The notes beneath the pieces are model-generated. The model made no database searches, was not told the origin of the DNA, and saw only the letters and a program-made list of their open reading frames with translations. Shown here one piece after another: positions 36,351 to 48,100 of a DNA stretch of 64,000 bases (position 1 is its first letter; each line of letters begins with the position of its first letter). The stretch is from an uncultured Verrucomicrobiae bacterium (GTDB lineage: Bacteria > Verrucomicrobiota > Verrucomicrobiia > Limisphaerales > Palsa-1400). The translations under genes and the position numbers were made by a program. Location: positions 544,001 to 608,000 of the forward strand of contig CAVXRD010000002.1 of assembly GCA_963764165.1 (NCBI GenBank). Reading direction: 5' to 3'.

Positions 36351-39300
36351 TTAACATGAGCGGATGCTCTCCAATTGCTGATCGAGGCGCTTCGGCGAAA
36401 TCGGATAGGCGGTGCCGAGTTCCTGGGCGAAGAGCGAGACTTTGAATTCTTCAAGCATCCATCGGAATTTTTCGAGCTGGGCTTTCGCTTCGCCTGATAA
36501 GTCGCGTTGGGACTGGAGCTTTTTCAATTCGGCGGCGTAAGGCGCAAGCTGGCGGACGCGCTCTTCGTTCTTGGCGGGATTTGTTCCGGCGCGTTCGATG
36601 CGCAGCAGCAAGGCTTTTAAGTAGCGCGGTATTTCCTGCAGTCGGGCGTAGTCCAATTTTTCCAGAAAGCGCGGGCCAACCAGAATCGCAAGCTGCTCAC
36701 GCAAGGGATTCGCGGGTGGCGCTGGCGGCGGCGCGCCGAGCTGGCTGAGCGAGGAGAGCGTTCGTGCACGGGGCGCTGCTGCGGCGGAGGGAGCAGCGCC
36801 GAGGCGTTGTTGAGTTTGCTGGCGCAGTTGTAAAACCAATTGCAGACGATCTATGAATTGCATCGCCAAACCAGGGAACCGGCTTTTCGCGGCTGCAACG
36901 GCGGCGTCAAAATTGGCCCGCGTGAGGGCGGCGAAATTCTCGATCGAAAGCACATGGCGCTTCAGGTGCTCGAGAGCAGTCTCGCGCAATTCCCCGCTGT
37001 CGCCGATGCCCGCGTAGAGCGCGTCCAATTTGCTCAGCGCTCGCAAATCCTTTTCAAGCCACGCCAAGTCTTTCTGCACCGCCAGTTCGACCATACGCCG
37101 GATTCCAATGACTGAAGCCGCCTTCGCCGCATCACGATTTCGAAACAACCGAACATTCACAGTGCCCTCGGCGAATTCGAGCCCTGGCCACGCGTACATT
37201 TCCACGCCCGGCTTTTCGGAAATAGCGATCCGCTCGGGCAAGTCGCCAAACGTCCAATCGGTGATTCCGAAGCGCTCCCATTTTTCGGCAACGCGGGTCC
37301 AATCGGGATTTTCCAGTTTTGGCGCCGGGGCGGGATTCTCTTCTTTCAAAGAGCGCTGCAATTGCGCCAAGTCGCGGCTCACCCGCAGCGCGCCGCTGCT
37401 GTCAACAATCGCAATGCGCGGGCGCAGATGAGCAGGCGCCGCGTCCGCCGGCCAATCCGATCCCTTCACTGGAACGCCGAAGCGCCGCGAAAGAAACGCG
37501 GCGAAATCCTGCAATAACGAAGCTCCAGCGGGCTGAAAATCGCGCAGGATTTCCGGCACTTTCGGCGGGAATGGCATCAATTCGCGCCGAATCGATTTCG
37601 GCAATGCGCGCAGCAAATGATTGACAATCTCCTCGCGAAATCCCGGCACAGCCCACTCCAGGTTTCCCGCCTTCGCGGATGAAACGACGCTGGCGGGAAT
37701 GTGAATGGTCACGCCGTCGTGCTCTTCGCCCGGTGCATACGCGTAGGCAAGATTGACCGGCTGGCCGCCTACCGGCACTTGATCTGGAAAAGCCGCCGCG
37801 TCGTAAGCCATCCCTTGCCCTCCGGCCAATTCCGCCTCGGTCACGCATAATTTTTCCACCATGCCCGGCTCGTCGAGCAGACGATTCATTTCGTGCAGCG
37901 AAGAAACGCTCTCGATGTGCTTCGCGTAAAATGCCGCAAGAGCGGAATCAATATCCATCCCATGATGACGAACGCGCGTCCGCCAGTTCTCGATTTTTTC
38001 CCGCACGCCGCGATTGTGCGCCATGAATCGATAACCGGGCGGCAATTGCGGAGTGGCCGGCTGCGCCGCTCTCAATACTCGCACCTCGTCTCGATCATCC
38101 TCGTCCGCCTCTTCGGCTCCGCGTCCCATGCCGGGAAATATATTCTCCTCCACCAGCGCCGACCGGATGAAAATCGCGGTGGCTTCCTGCGGCTTGATGT
38201 TTCCGAAACTTGCCTTGCGCCGCAAAATTTCCAGTCCGTTCAGGCTGATGATTTCGTCAACAAGAACATTTCCCGCCGCGGCGCTCCAGCGGGGATTTTG
38301 ATGCGCGACTTTGCAGCAATGCGGCGCGACCTGATAAATCCACTGCGGATCAATTCCCGCCAGCGTGCGGGCGAAAAGTTGAGAGGTTTCGACCATTTCG
38401 CCCGCTACCAGCCACTCGGGTTGCGTTGATTTCGGTTTTGGCGGCGGCTTGCCGCCTTTCTGATGCGGCTTGCGCGGAGGTTCGCCTCTCGCATAAAGCG
38501 CCGAGCCTGGAAACATGGAGACGAGGCGGTTGCCCGCCATTTTGTAAGTATTGCGCTCCTCCCAATGCGCCACATGCCCAATTAATCCCGCCAGAATGCT
38601 GCGATGAATCGCATCGTAAGCGGCGTTGCTCTCGTTGAGTTTGAGGCCGCCCAGATCATCAAGCGCATCGTGCAGTTGACTGTAAACATCCTGCCATTCG
38701 CGCATGCGAACGTAGGAAAGAAAACGCGCCTTGCAGAATTTGCGGCGCTGCCCTTGCGTGCGAAGCTGATCCCATTCGTCGTGAACGGCATTCCAGATGT
38801 TTAACAGCGTCAGAAAGTCCGATTGTGGATCGGTGAATTGCTTGTGCGCGGCGGCGGCGGCGTCCTTCTGATCAAGCGGGCGCTCGCGCGGGTCCTGGAT
38901 GCTTAATCCCGCCGCGATGATGAGCAACTCGGCGGTCGCGTGCTCGCTCTGCGATTGCATCAGCATCCGCCCGAGCGTGGGATCAATTGGCAGCCGCGCC
39001 AAATCGTCGCCCAATCGCGTCAGCGCGCGCTGGTCGTCGAGCGCGCCGAGTTCCTGAAGCAACGCGAAGCCGTTGGCGATGGCAGCGGGCGTGGGCGGCT
39101 GGACGAACGGAAATGTTTCCACGTCGCCGAGATGAAACGCCTTCATCCGCAAGATCACCTCCGCCAGATTGGCCCGTTGAATTTCCGGCTGGGTGAAGAG
39201 CGGACGCGCGGCAAAATCCTCCTCCGAGTAAAGCCGGATGCACACGCCCGACTCGACACGTCCGGCGCGGCCTTTGCGCTGGTTGGCGCTGCTTTGCGAA

Positions 39301-40463
39301 ATCGGCTCAATGGGAAGACGCTTGATGCGGCTGCGCGGATTATAACGGCTCATGCGCGCCAAACCTGAGTCAATCACATAGCGGATTCCAGGAATGGTGA
39401 GCGACGTCTCGGCGATGTTGGTCGAGATGACAATTTTTCGACGCGATGAAGTCGAGAAAACACGCTGCTGTTCGCCAGCGGTAAGCCGTCCGAACAGCGG
39501 AATGACTTCCGCCTCGCCATTAAAACGGCCTTCAAGCTGATCGGCGGTTTCGCGAATGTCGCGTTCGCCGGGCATGAAAATCAGAATGTCGCCCACGCTT
39601 GATTCGTAGAGGATTTGCTCGGCGGCCTGCACCGCTGCGTCGACATAATTGATGTCACCACGCTCGTCTTCGGCGTTCTCGAAAGGCTGGTAAATCGTTT
39701 CGACGGGAAACATTCGCCCCGAAACTTCAATGATCGGCGCGTTTCCGAAATGCTCAGAAAATGCCTGCGTATCAATAGTCGCGGAGGTGACGATCAACTT
39801 CAAATCCGCCCGCTTCGCCAGCAGGCCCTTCAAATGGCCGAGCAAAAAATCGATGTTCAAACTGCGTTCGTGCGCTTCGTCAATGATGATGGCGTTGTAT
39901 TCGGAAAGAGTCGGATCGCCCTGCGTCTCGGCTAGCAGGATTCCGTCGGTCATCATCTTGATGTAAGTGCGGTTGCTTGAGCGGTCGTCAAAACGAATTT
40001 TGCAACCAACCTCCTCTCCCCACGTCACGTTCAATTCGTCGGCGATGCGCTGGGAAATGGAAAGCGCCGCCACCCGCCGCGGTTGCGTGCAGCCAATTTT
40101 TGCCTGGATGCCAAGGCCTGCTTCGAGGCACATTTTGGGAAGCTGCGTCGTCTTGCCAGACCCCGTTTCGCCCGCGACGACAATGACCTGGTTTTTCCGA
40201 ATTGCCTCGACGATTTCGCCCGCCCTTGCGGTGATGGGCAAATCCGGGGGATAGCTCGGCTGCGGGACGCGCCCCCGCCGCTCCTCGCAAAGCGCGATGG
40301 AGTCGTAGACTTCCTTCAAGAGCCGTTCGAGAAGCTGTTCGCGATGATCGGCGTGATGCTGGTCGCGCAAAATCCGACCCAACCGCCGCCCCAATCGCAC
40401 CCAATCGGGCAGCAGACATTGCGGCAGCAGCGTCTTAAGTTCGTTTATCCAGGCGTCCGGCAT
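36351..40463 (-). CDS. hrpA: ATP-dependent RNA helicase HrpA
   Basis: GETGSGKTTQLP, TQPRRVAA, DEAH, SAT, QRKGRAGR, C-terminal RWMLEEFKVSLFAQELGT. Confidence 0.95.
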   Translation of the reverse strand: MPDAWINELKTLLPQCLLPDWVRLGRRLGRILRDQHHADHREQLLERLLKEVYDSIALCEERRGRVPQPSYPPDLPITARAGEIVEAIRKNQVIVVAGETGSGKTTQLPKMCLEAGLGIQAKIGCTQPRRVAALSISQRIADELNVTWGEEVGCKIRFDDRSSNRTYIKMMTDGILLAETQGDPTLSEYNAIIIDEAHERSLNIDFLLGHLKGLLAKRADLKLIVTSATIDTQAFSEHFGNAPIIEVSGRMFPVETIYQPFENAEDERGDINYVDAAVQAAEQILYESSVGDILIFMPGERDIRETADQLEGRFNGEAEVIPLFGRLTAGEQQRVFSTSSRRKIVISTNIAETSLTIPGIRYVIDSGLARMSRYNPRSRIKRLPIEPISQSSANQRKGRAGRVESGVCIRLYSEEDFAARPLFTQPEIQRANLAEVILRMKAFHLGDVETFPFVQPPTPAAIANGFALLQELGALDDQRALTRLGDDLARLPIDPTLGRMLMQSQSEHATAELLIIAAGLSIQDPRERPLDQKDAAAAAHKQFTDPQSDFLTLLNIWNAVHDEWDQLRTQGQRRKFCKARFLSYVRMREWQDVYSQLHDALDDLGGLKLNESNAAYDAIHRSILAGLIGHVAHWEERNTYKMAGNRLVSMFPGSALYARGEPPRKPHQKGGKPPPKPKSTQPEWLVAGEMVETSQLFARTLAGIDPQWIYQVAPHCCKVAHQNPRWSAAAGNVLVDEIISLNGLEILRRKASFGNIKPQEATAIFIRSALVEENIFPGMGRGAEEADEDDRDEVRVLRAAQPATPQLPPGYRFMAHNRGVREKIENWRTRVRHHGMDIDSALAAFYAKHIESVSSLHEMNRLLDEPGMVEKLCVTEAELAGGQGMAYDAAAFPDQVPVGGQPVNLAYAYAPGEEHDGVTIHIPASVVSSAKAGNLEWAVPGFREEIVNHLLRALPKSIRRELMPFPPKVPEILRDFQPAGASLLQDFAAFLSRRFGVPVKGSDWPADAAPAHLRPRIAIVDSSGALRVSRDLAQLQRSLKEENPAPAPKLENPDWTRVAEKWERFGITDWTFGDLPERIAISEKPGVEMYAWPGLEFAEGTVNVRLFRNRDAAKAASVIGIRRMVELAVQKDLAWLEKDLRALSKLDALYAGIGDSGELRETALEHLKRHVLSIENFAALTRANFDAAVAAAKSRFPGLAMQFIDRLQLVLQLRQQTQQRLGAAPSAAAAPRARTLSSLSQLGAPPPAPPANPLREQLAILVGPRFLEKLDYARLQEIPRYLKALLLRIERAGTNPAKNEERVRQLAPYAAELKKLQSQRDLSGEAKAQLEKFRWMLEEFKVSLFAQELGTAYPISPKRLDQQLESIRSC

Positions 40464-40604
40464 CAGGGGTAAAGGATAGCAGTCATTCGATGCGGGTGAA
40501 AGCGGAAGACGGCCGGGTGCGGCGGAAATGAGTGGCGCGGACGTGCCGAAGACCCGCCGCAGAGCGTGACTGTGATCCCGTCTTTGATCCGCTCCCGGCC
40601 AAAA

Positions 40605-42941
40605 TTAAGAACGAGCCCTGCTTGGAGCTTCGCCAGAACCAGATGGGTGCGCAACTGCCTGGCAGGCAGGGGACCGACCCGAGCCGTTTAACTTCTGGCG
40701 GTAAAGCATAAAGGCGAATGTCCCCAATGCGACGGCCAAACCAGCCAAACCCAGGCCGATCACAAAAGGTTTGCGCGCGACCAAGTTCAAATCGACCAGC
40801 AGGTAACTGCCAAAGCCGCAGCCAGCCAAACCGCCAACGAGCATTCTCCAGCGGGAATGGAACGGAGCCAAAACCAGGAATAACACCGCGGCGCTCAAGT
40901 AACAGGCGACGTCCACCCTTGCCAAGGGGTCTGTGCGGTGAGATAAGGCATTGGCGAAAAGCGCCGTCAAAATATGGATAAGGGCCAAAAACTCCAGCCA
41001 TTTGCCCGCCCGCCGCTGATCCAGGCTGCTGGACTTCTCGGTCAATAATGTCAGTGTCAAAAACAAAAACCCATTCAGAACCACGGAGAAGGCGCGCAAT
41101 CGATCCTGATCGAAGTAGGGCGACATGCGGGCTGTCACGCCGAGCATCTGCAATGTCGGCCCGTTGTAGGCGATGACGTCAAGGGAGCCAACCAAAGCCA
41201 CCAGCGCCGCCGCGCGGTAAGGCATCGTCCAGCGCACTCTTCCTTTCCTTTCAAACTTCAGGCCCGCAAATTCCAAGAGCATGAGAGGCAGGCACCAGAG
41301 CGCCTGGACTTCAGGTTTTTGGTCCAGCCAGTTGAACAGCAGCAGGAAACTCAGGTAACTGGACACAGTTAGAATCGCGGTCGTCCAGGCAAAGCCTGTC
41401 ATTCGCAGGTTGCGAAAGGCCACAAGCGAAACGGCCAGCGCAGCCAGCGATGCCACAAAAACCTGGCTGTTGGTGAAGGTTCCCGGAAAGAGTTGGACGA
41501 CTTTCTCCGGCGCCGATGAAAGCAGGCCCGTTTCCGCCACCAATGCCAGCACGGAGGGCGCAACGGTCAGAACAGCGCCAGCCAGGAAGTTGGCTGCGGC
41601 CAGAGGTTCGCGAAGCCGTCGCGCGGCCTGGCCGGCAACCATCAACGCCAGCGTAAAGCTTGCAGGCAGGAACCATCGCCAAGGCGCGCCGAGTTCAGCT
41701 CGAAGCATCCCCACCGTGAGGACTGTGGCCACGACGCCAAGCCAGACGCCGCTCGACAATACCGTTTGCAAAAGCGTGATTTTCCGCGCGTCCACCAGCC
41801 AATAATCCTCATCCGCCAACAGGCGGCGATGGACGATTTCCAGGGAATCACATTCTTCGCGCGAAATGATTCGCTGGCTTTCCCACGCGCGGGCGTGATG
41901 GGAGTATTCGCTAATGTTCCGCCGAAGCATGTCGTTGTACAACTTCGGCTTCAACCGCGTCGGCTCCCCTGCCAGATACCGGCCCAATTCAATGGCAACG
42001 TCGCGGGCGCTCGGCCTGTCGCCTGGAGTCATGGCAAGGCAGGCCAGGCAAATGGCCTGCAAATCCTCAGGCACCCCCACAGCGGCATCCCGCAAGAACG
42101 GCGGTGGCGTTGTGGCGATGGCTTCGAGCACCGCTGCCGCCGTGTGGCGGGCGTACGCCGGACGCCCCGCAAGCACTCTGAACATCACGCTGCCGAAGGA
42201 GAAAACATCCGACGCCGGAGTTAGCACTTCACCGCGAGCCTGTTCCGGTGAAGCATATAGCGGTGTTCCTTCAAATCCCTTGGCCGCTTCCTTCGGGTGT
42301 TCCAGTGCAACGGCTAGTCCGAAATCGAGAATGCGCGGGCGCAAATCGGGACTGACCATCACATTTTCCGGCTTCAAATCGCGGTGCAAAATTCCGTGCT
42401 CATGCGCCACGGAAAGCCCGCGCGCCACCTCCCGCAATAATCGGGCTTTCTGGCCGAAGTTCAGCTCCGCCGAAGCACGGTCCAGCGGAAACCCTTCCAC
42501 CCGTTCCATGACAATGGCCGGAGGATCTGTTTCGTCCAGGACGGAATAAATCGTAACGATGGCCGGATCGGAAAGGGCGGCAATATGCCGTGCCTCGCTC
42601 AAAATGCGGTTTCGAACTTCAGGATCGGCGCGGCGATGCAATACTTTGATGGCCACCGGCCGGTTGAGCTTTTCGTCATGCGCCGCGTAGACGATCCCGA
42701 GGCTGCCCCGGCCAAGGCGGCCTTCCATTCGAAAGCCCGGCAGTTTTGGCGGTTGCGTTTGGCCAATAGAACCGGAAGGCAGAAAGCGGCCGGCTTGCTC
42801 ATGGGCCTGCAGCAGCGAGCGCACTTCGCCGCGCATTTTGGTGTCGCCCTGTTGAGCCAGAAATGCTTCGCGGGCGGAGCCTGCCGGAAGCTCCAGAGCC
42901 CGGGAAAACAAGCTTTCAATTGTGGCAGCCGCATTGTCCAT
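40605..42941 (-). CDS. Hanks-type Ser/Thr protein kinase with polytopic membrane C-terminal domain
   Basis: LGRGSLGIVY, VAIK, HRDLKPEN, DFG, GTPLYASPE, SDVFSFG; then many TM segments. Confidence 0.88.
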   Translation of the reverse strand: MDNAAATIESLFSRALELPAGSAREAFLAQQGDTKMRGEVRSLLQAHEQAGRFLPSGSIGQTQPPKLPGFRMEGRLGRGSLGIVYAAHDEKLNRPVAIKVLHRRADPEVRNRILSEARHIAALSDPAIVTIYSVLDETDPPAIVMERVEGFPLDRASAELNFGQKARLLREVARGLSVAHEHGILHRDLKPENVMVSPDLRPRILDFGLAVALEHPKEAAKGFEGTPLYASPEQARGEVLTPASDVFSFGSVMFRVLAGRPAYARHTAAAVLEAIATTPPPFLRDAAVGVPEDLQAICLACLAMTPGDRPSARDVAIELGRYLAGEPTRLKPKLYNDMLRRNISEYSHHARAWESQRIISREECDSLEIVHRRLLADEDYWLVDARKITLLQTVLSSGVWLGVVATVLTVGMLRAELGAPWRWFLPASFTLALMVAGQAARRLREPLAAANFLAGAVLTVAPSVLALVAETGLLSSAPEKVVQLFPGTFTNSQVFVASLAALAVSLVAFRNLRMTGFAWTTAILTVSSYLSFLLLFNWLDQKPEVQALWCLPLMLLEFAGLKFERKGRVRWTMPYRAAALVALVGSLDVIAYNGPTLQMLGVTARMSPYFDQDRLRAFSVVLNGFLFLTLTLLTEKSSSLDQRRAGKWLEFLALIHILTALFANALSHRTDPLARVDVACYLSAAVLFLVLAPFHSRWRMLVGGLAGCGFGSYLLVDLNLVARKPFVIGLGLAGLAVALGTFAFMLYRQKLNGSGRSPACQAVAHPSGSGEAPSRARS

Positions 42942-43416
42942 GACACCGCAGTATGCAGCCGAGCTTAAATCATTTCCCTCAAAAAGAAAGATTCCTCGCT
43001 GTTCAGCGGAATAGCCGGGTGAAAGTCCGGCTTGCGGCAATCCCAAAAGGATTCGCGCCCCTCAAGCAGCAACAACACCGCGCGGCCATTCCGCGGAAAC
43101 ATGCGCCCCTCTTGCTGTTCATTTAACATTTTCTCCTTTGTTTTAGTCAACTAAATAGAAGCAATTCCACATAGGCGGCTCAGGCAATACCCTGATGCTC
43201 CGATGGGACTGGCAAACGACTCTGCGGTAGGCGGTTTTGCGCTTTCCGCCTGAGCCTTTCTTCCGTGTCCATGAACAGGCTTCGCTCCTATTGCGGCTGG
43301 CCGCAGACAGGCGAAGCTATAGGCAAGAAGATCGGACTGGGTAGGAACCCGGTCAAGGCCGAAAGGCCAGAATAAAAAGCAAGTGTTAGTAAATGTCAGT
43401 AATGAAAGGCCAGCAT

Positions 43417-44031
43417 ATGAAAAATTCAAACATTGTTAAAGTTACCGCGTGCGTTGCCACACTTTGTGTGGCCTCCGCAGGCAGTGTCGCCGTGGCGGAT
43501 ACGACCACGAACACCACCACCACAACCCAGGCCACCCAAGTGGTGGCCAAGACCAGCACGCTAGTTGGAACCAAGGTTGAGAATCAGCAAGGCCAGTGCC
43601 TTGGCCGCATCAGCGACATTGTTGTTGATTTCAACAACAATCAGGTGTCCTACTGCGTCTTGAGCGTGAAGCATGGCTTCTTCGCCAAGACCCGCTACAT
43701 TCCAGTCCCGCTGGCGGCTTTCCAGCCCGGCGCCTCTGGGAACACCCTGATCCTCAACGCCAGCAAGGCGAATTTGGCCCAAGCCCGCGGATATGAGAAT
43801 GGCCAATGGCCGTCCTCGATCACCCCGGCTTGGGGCGCTGAACCCGCCCCGACCGTCGAGCTTCCCCCTGTGGAAGTCTTCGGGCCGGAGTACATTCCCA
43901 CGTCTATACCGGTCACGATCACTCACTACGGTGATCCTGCGCTGGGCGGCACGATGCCCCTGCCCCGGACCGCCTCCAACGCGATTGACGAAATGACGGA
44001 TGGAGTCTACAACGGCTTCCCGGTGCGCTGA
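43417..44031 (+). CDS. Secreted PRC-barrel domain protein
   Basis: Signal peptide; STLVGTKVENQQGQCLGRISDIVVD...YCVLS...YIPVPL. Confidence 0.85.
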   Translation: MKNSNIVKVTACVATLCVASAGSVAVADTTTNTTTTTQATQVVAKTSTLVGTKVENQQGQCLGRISDIVVDFNNNQVSYCVLSVKHGFFAKTRYIPVPLAAFQPGASGNTLILNASKANLAQARGYENGQWPSSITPAWGAEPAPTVELPPVEVFGPEYIPTSIPVTITHYGDPALGGTMPLPRTASNAIDEMTDGVYNGFPVR

Positions 44032-44049
44032 GCTTAAGAAGATTGACCT

Positions 44050-44113
44050 CTGGCGAACCTGCTTGGGTTCGCCAGGAGGGCTGGCAAGGCCTGGCAGAAC
44101 GAGTTCTGCCAGG
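44050..44113. repeat. Two related hairpins (REP- or terminator-like)
   Basis: CTGGCGAACC-N6-GGTTCGCCAG and CCTGGCAGAAC-GA-GTTCTGCCAGG downstream of the PRC gene. Confidence 0.5.
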
Positions 44114-44345
44114 TCGCTTGCTTTTGCACTAGGGCGCGCCACTCACGCACGGCTTCTTTGGCATCAGGGATTCTCATCCTAAGCTGACCCCACCCCGCTG
44201 GGATTTTCGAGCGCCTCAAGCTGCCACGCCATGCGGCTATTCCACGGAAAACAGCGGGGCGCCCAAAGAAAGATTTTTGATCCCTTCCTTGCGCCTTTCT
44301 CGCTTGAGATCGATGAAGGGCAAATGCCCGCGAAAGAAATAAGCT

Positions 44346-45032
44346 ATGAAACGTTGGGCTATAATCGTTGCGCTCCTATATGCGTTTATGCTGGCGGTGT
44401 TGGCGCTGCCGGTTGTTTGCATGGCGGGATTCGATCATGCCAATTGGAAGATCGAGGACTTCTTCGAACTGTGCCGAACATGGCAGTGGTGGCTCTGGCT
44501 GGCATTGATGGGTGCGGCTCAACTGGCCCTGCTAGCGGTGCCAGTCCGATTCGCCAGCAGACGGCCAATGACACGCCGGCCGCTCGCGATAACCGTAGTC
44601 ACATCGGCCTTGATGATGGGAGCGCTGGGCGCTGGCGCATTATGCTCTCTTTGCGAAGCCATATTTGGCGAGCGGTCTCTCGCCGACGACACGCGCCTAG
44701 GCGCATTTAGCTCGTGGGGGCCGCTGATCCTGGGCCTGGCCGGATGGATTATTTGGGCCTGGATATTTTTGCGCATGAGCCGAGCCTCCGACACCCAGGA
44801 TTTTATCGCGCGCCAAGGCAAATGGCTTTTGAAGGGAAGCATCGCCGAATTGCTGGTCGCAGTGCCAACTCACATCGTCGCCCGGTCTCGCGATTATTGC
44901 TGCGCCGGGATAATGACTTTCATTGGCCTGACGCTCGGGCTTTCGGTTCTGCTTTTTTCATTCGGCCCCGGCGTCTTCTTCCTCTTCGTTGCCCGCTGGC
45001 GGCAGCTTCATCCAGAGGCATCCCGCCCATGA
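44346..45032 (+). CDS. Hypothetical membrane protein
   Basis: About 6 TM; LLKGSIAELLVAVPTHIVARSRDYCCA. Confidence 0.75.
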   Translation: MKRWAIIVALLYAFMLAVLALPVVCMAGFDHANWKIEDFFELCRTWQWWLWLALMGAAQLALLAVPVRFASRRPMTRRPLAITVVTSALMMGALGAGALCSLCEAIFGERSLADDTRLGAFSSWGPLILGLAGWIIWAWIFLRMSRASDTQDFIARQGKWLLKGSIAELLVAVPTHIVARSRDYCCAGIMTFIGLTLGLSVLLFSFGPGVFFLFVARWRQLHPEASRP

Positions 45033-45153
45033 ATCCCCGGCGGGATGCCGGAAAACTTTTAAATTTTTTGACACGATCCCGTCGAAAACTTCGCTTCTAT
45101 TAGCGGAGACCCGTGAAGTCTCGCTCGAAATAACAATTAACAAATCTTGAAGT

Positions 45154-48100
45154 ATGAATTTGATGCCCTCCAAGAAGGAAATAGCGCTCTTCTCGCTTCT
45201 TTTGGCCGTGATAACCCAAGGGGTGGCCCAGCCGGTTGTCCTGACCAACATTCCCGTATCCTCTGGAAGCCTGGCGGCGGTTAATCCGGCGCTGAACCGA
45301 ATTTATATTTCTGCCGGCGATAACAACTCACCACAGACCCTGGTAATCGACGGGGTAACATTCAATCAAATCACCGTGCTGGCGGGCTGGGGTGCGGGAG
45401 TGGATTTGGACAACAACGATGTCTGGACGGCAAATGTCTACGCAGGGACCGTCACGCCATGGAATAGCAGCGATGTGTCTCTCGGGAGTGTGCAGTTGGC
45501 GGATTGTCCGATTGCTATCGGCGTGGATTCTCCCCATCGGGTGGTGTGGGTCGGGGCGCAATGCGGCGGAGGCAACGATCCGCTCTGGGCCATCGACGCG
45601 GACACGGACGCGATTATCGATGGACCCATTTCCAGCGGCGGCGTGCAAGGCCCTGTGTTGGTGAATCCGGCAACGGGCCTGGTCTACATCGCGCCCAGCG
45701 GAGTTCCCGAAGAGATTAACCCCACGAATTTTGCGGTCACGTCCACCGCTTTCGGGCCTGTATTGGCGGTCAACGCGGCGGTCAACCTTCTCTACGCGCC
45801 AAACTCCGGAACCAACCTTCAAATCATCAATGGCACCTATCCCGAGACGGTTCTAACCAATGTCGCCCTGCCCTTTTCATTTAGCCCGAATATTGGCGTC
45901 AATCCGGTTCTCAACCGCATTTATGCGGGCAATAGCGGATCGAACACGGTCGTCATCCTCAACGCCACCACCGGCCAATACGAGGGAAGCATTTCTTTGG
46001 GCGCCGGTGTCACGAGCGTGCAAGCCGTATTGGCGGACGACGTCCGCAGCCGCGTCTATGCCACGGCCATCGTTGGGGGGAGTCCCATGCTTTATGTTAT
46101 ACAAGACTCCATTGTTGAAGGCGGCGTCTGGACGGAGAAAAGCGCTCTTCCAGCCGGCGCCAATTTTCCGGTGGCCGCTTCGGTGAATGGAATGGCTTAT
46201 GTGATGGGCGGATTTAATGGCTCCCCTCTCTCCAGCTTCTATAGCTACAACCCGCTGTCTAACACTTGGACTACCCTGCCGCCCATGCCGGGCGGCCGCT
46301 ACCAAATGGACGGCGCCGGCGTCATTGGCAGCAAAATATATGTCGCAGGGGGCTGGACCATTTCTCCACCGCTGCCGAATAACAATCTATGGGTTTATGA
46401 CACCGTGGCCAATTCATGGAGCTCCACCAATGCACAAATGCCGTTGTTGAGCGCCGACGGCGCGGGCGGAGTCATTAGCAACAAATACTATGTGACAACG
46501 TCTGACGATGGTTACGACGGCTATTATAACTTCTTGCATGTTTACGATCCGTCTCTCGACACTTGGACGCAATTGGCCGGCTCCCCTGTCCCCCATTCGC
46601 AGCCCGGTTATGGCGTTATCGGGAGCAAATTGTACGTCGCGGGCGGAAACGATGGCTCGGCCAATTCAACTCAGTTGGACGTCTACGACCCCGCCTCAGA
46701 CACATGGACGACCAAGTCGCCCATGTCCACTCCAAGATCTGGTTGCGGCAGCGCTGTTCTCAACGGAAAACTTTATGTCTTCGGCGGCTATGATGGAACC
46801 AACTACCTGAGCAGCATGGAATCCTATGATCCCAAAAGCGATAGCTGGACCACGGAAGCCCCAATGCTCACCCCGACCGATGGCGCCGCAGGGGCCAATG
46901 TGAACGGAGTCATTTATGCCATCGGAGGAAGTGACAGCGTGCAAACTCTTTCCAGCAACGAAGCCTTTGCCACCTTGAATATCTCCCTCGTCTCCATCAA
47001 CGATCCTGTCATGAAGAATCCGGCACAAATCGCAAGCGACGGCATTAACTTGTATGTCTCGGGCGTGGGCACAAACAATAACCAGTGCATTTTCCGCGTG
47101 CCCATAAGCGGGGGTCCCGCCGCCATCGTTTATAATGCATTAAATCCCTGGCAGGTTGCGGTGATTGGAACCAATTTGTTTTGGATTGATCCAAACGCGG
47201 GCCCTGTTGGCGACACCGAGATTCTGCGCGGATCCACGACTGGCACCGCGCCGCTCGCGCCCATTTATGTCGGCGAGCAGGTTGGGCAACCTATTGTGGA
47301 TGGCGTTGGTCTGACAACCGACGGTTCGGAACTCTACGCGGCCGATGAAGTGGATGGAACCGTTTGGCGCCTCAACCCGGACGGCAGCGGGCTGACCCAG
47401 CTAGGCCCGCAACGTTATTCAGGCTACTTCTCCACAGAGCATGTGAATACAATCGCAGATTATCAAGGGGTTCTTTATGTCGCGGATTCTGGCAAGGCTG
47501 GCGTGGATAGCCCGCAAGTCCTTAGCATCGCCACCAATGGCTCGTCGTTTGCGACTCTAGCTTCCGGCGCGCCGTTCGTCAGTCCAGGCAGCATCGCTGT
47601 TGGCAATGGCATGATTTATATCGCCGACGAAGGCGCAACGAACACCATTTGGCAGATGCCCATCTCTGGGGGCGCCCCGACTCCGCTTGTTTCCGGGCCG
47701 CCTTTCGTGTCAATCGCGGGGCTTGCCTACGTGAATGGCACGCTTTTTGTCGCAGATTATGTCGGGGATGCTATATATGCCATCAATCTGCCACAACCCG
47801 CCATTTCCGCCGAACCAGCCAATAGCACTGCCACCAGCGGCGGCTCGACCACGCTGACGGTCGGCGTGGCCGGAAACGGCCCTTTCAGCTATCAATGGCA
47901 ATTGAACGGGGCGAATATTGCGGGAGCAACCAATGCGACACTGGCCATCTCCGGCTTCTCCGACGCCAACGCCGGACTCTACACGGTTACTGTTAACAAC
48001 GCGTGGGGCAGCGTGACCAGCGCGCCAGTCAGCGTGGCCGGCGTCGATATCAAGATGCTCGCCACCGTGGTTATTAACGGCTTCCCAGGACTGACCTACA

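Noticed and set aside
42965..43150. Remnant ECF sigma upstream of the kinase
   Set aside because: No sigma region 2 or 4 motifs recognisable in the short ORF.
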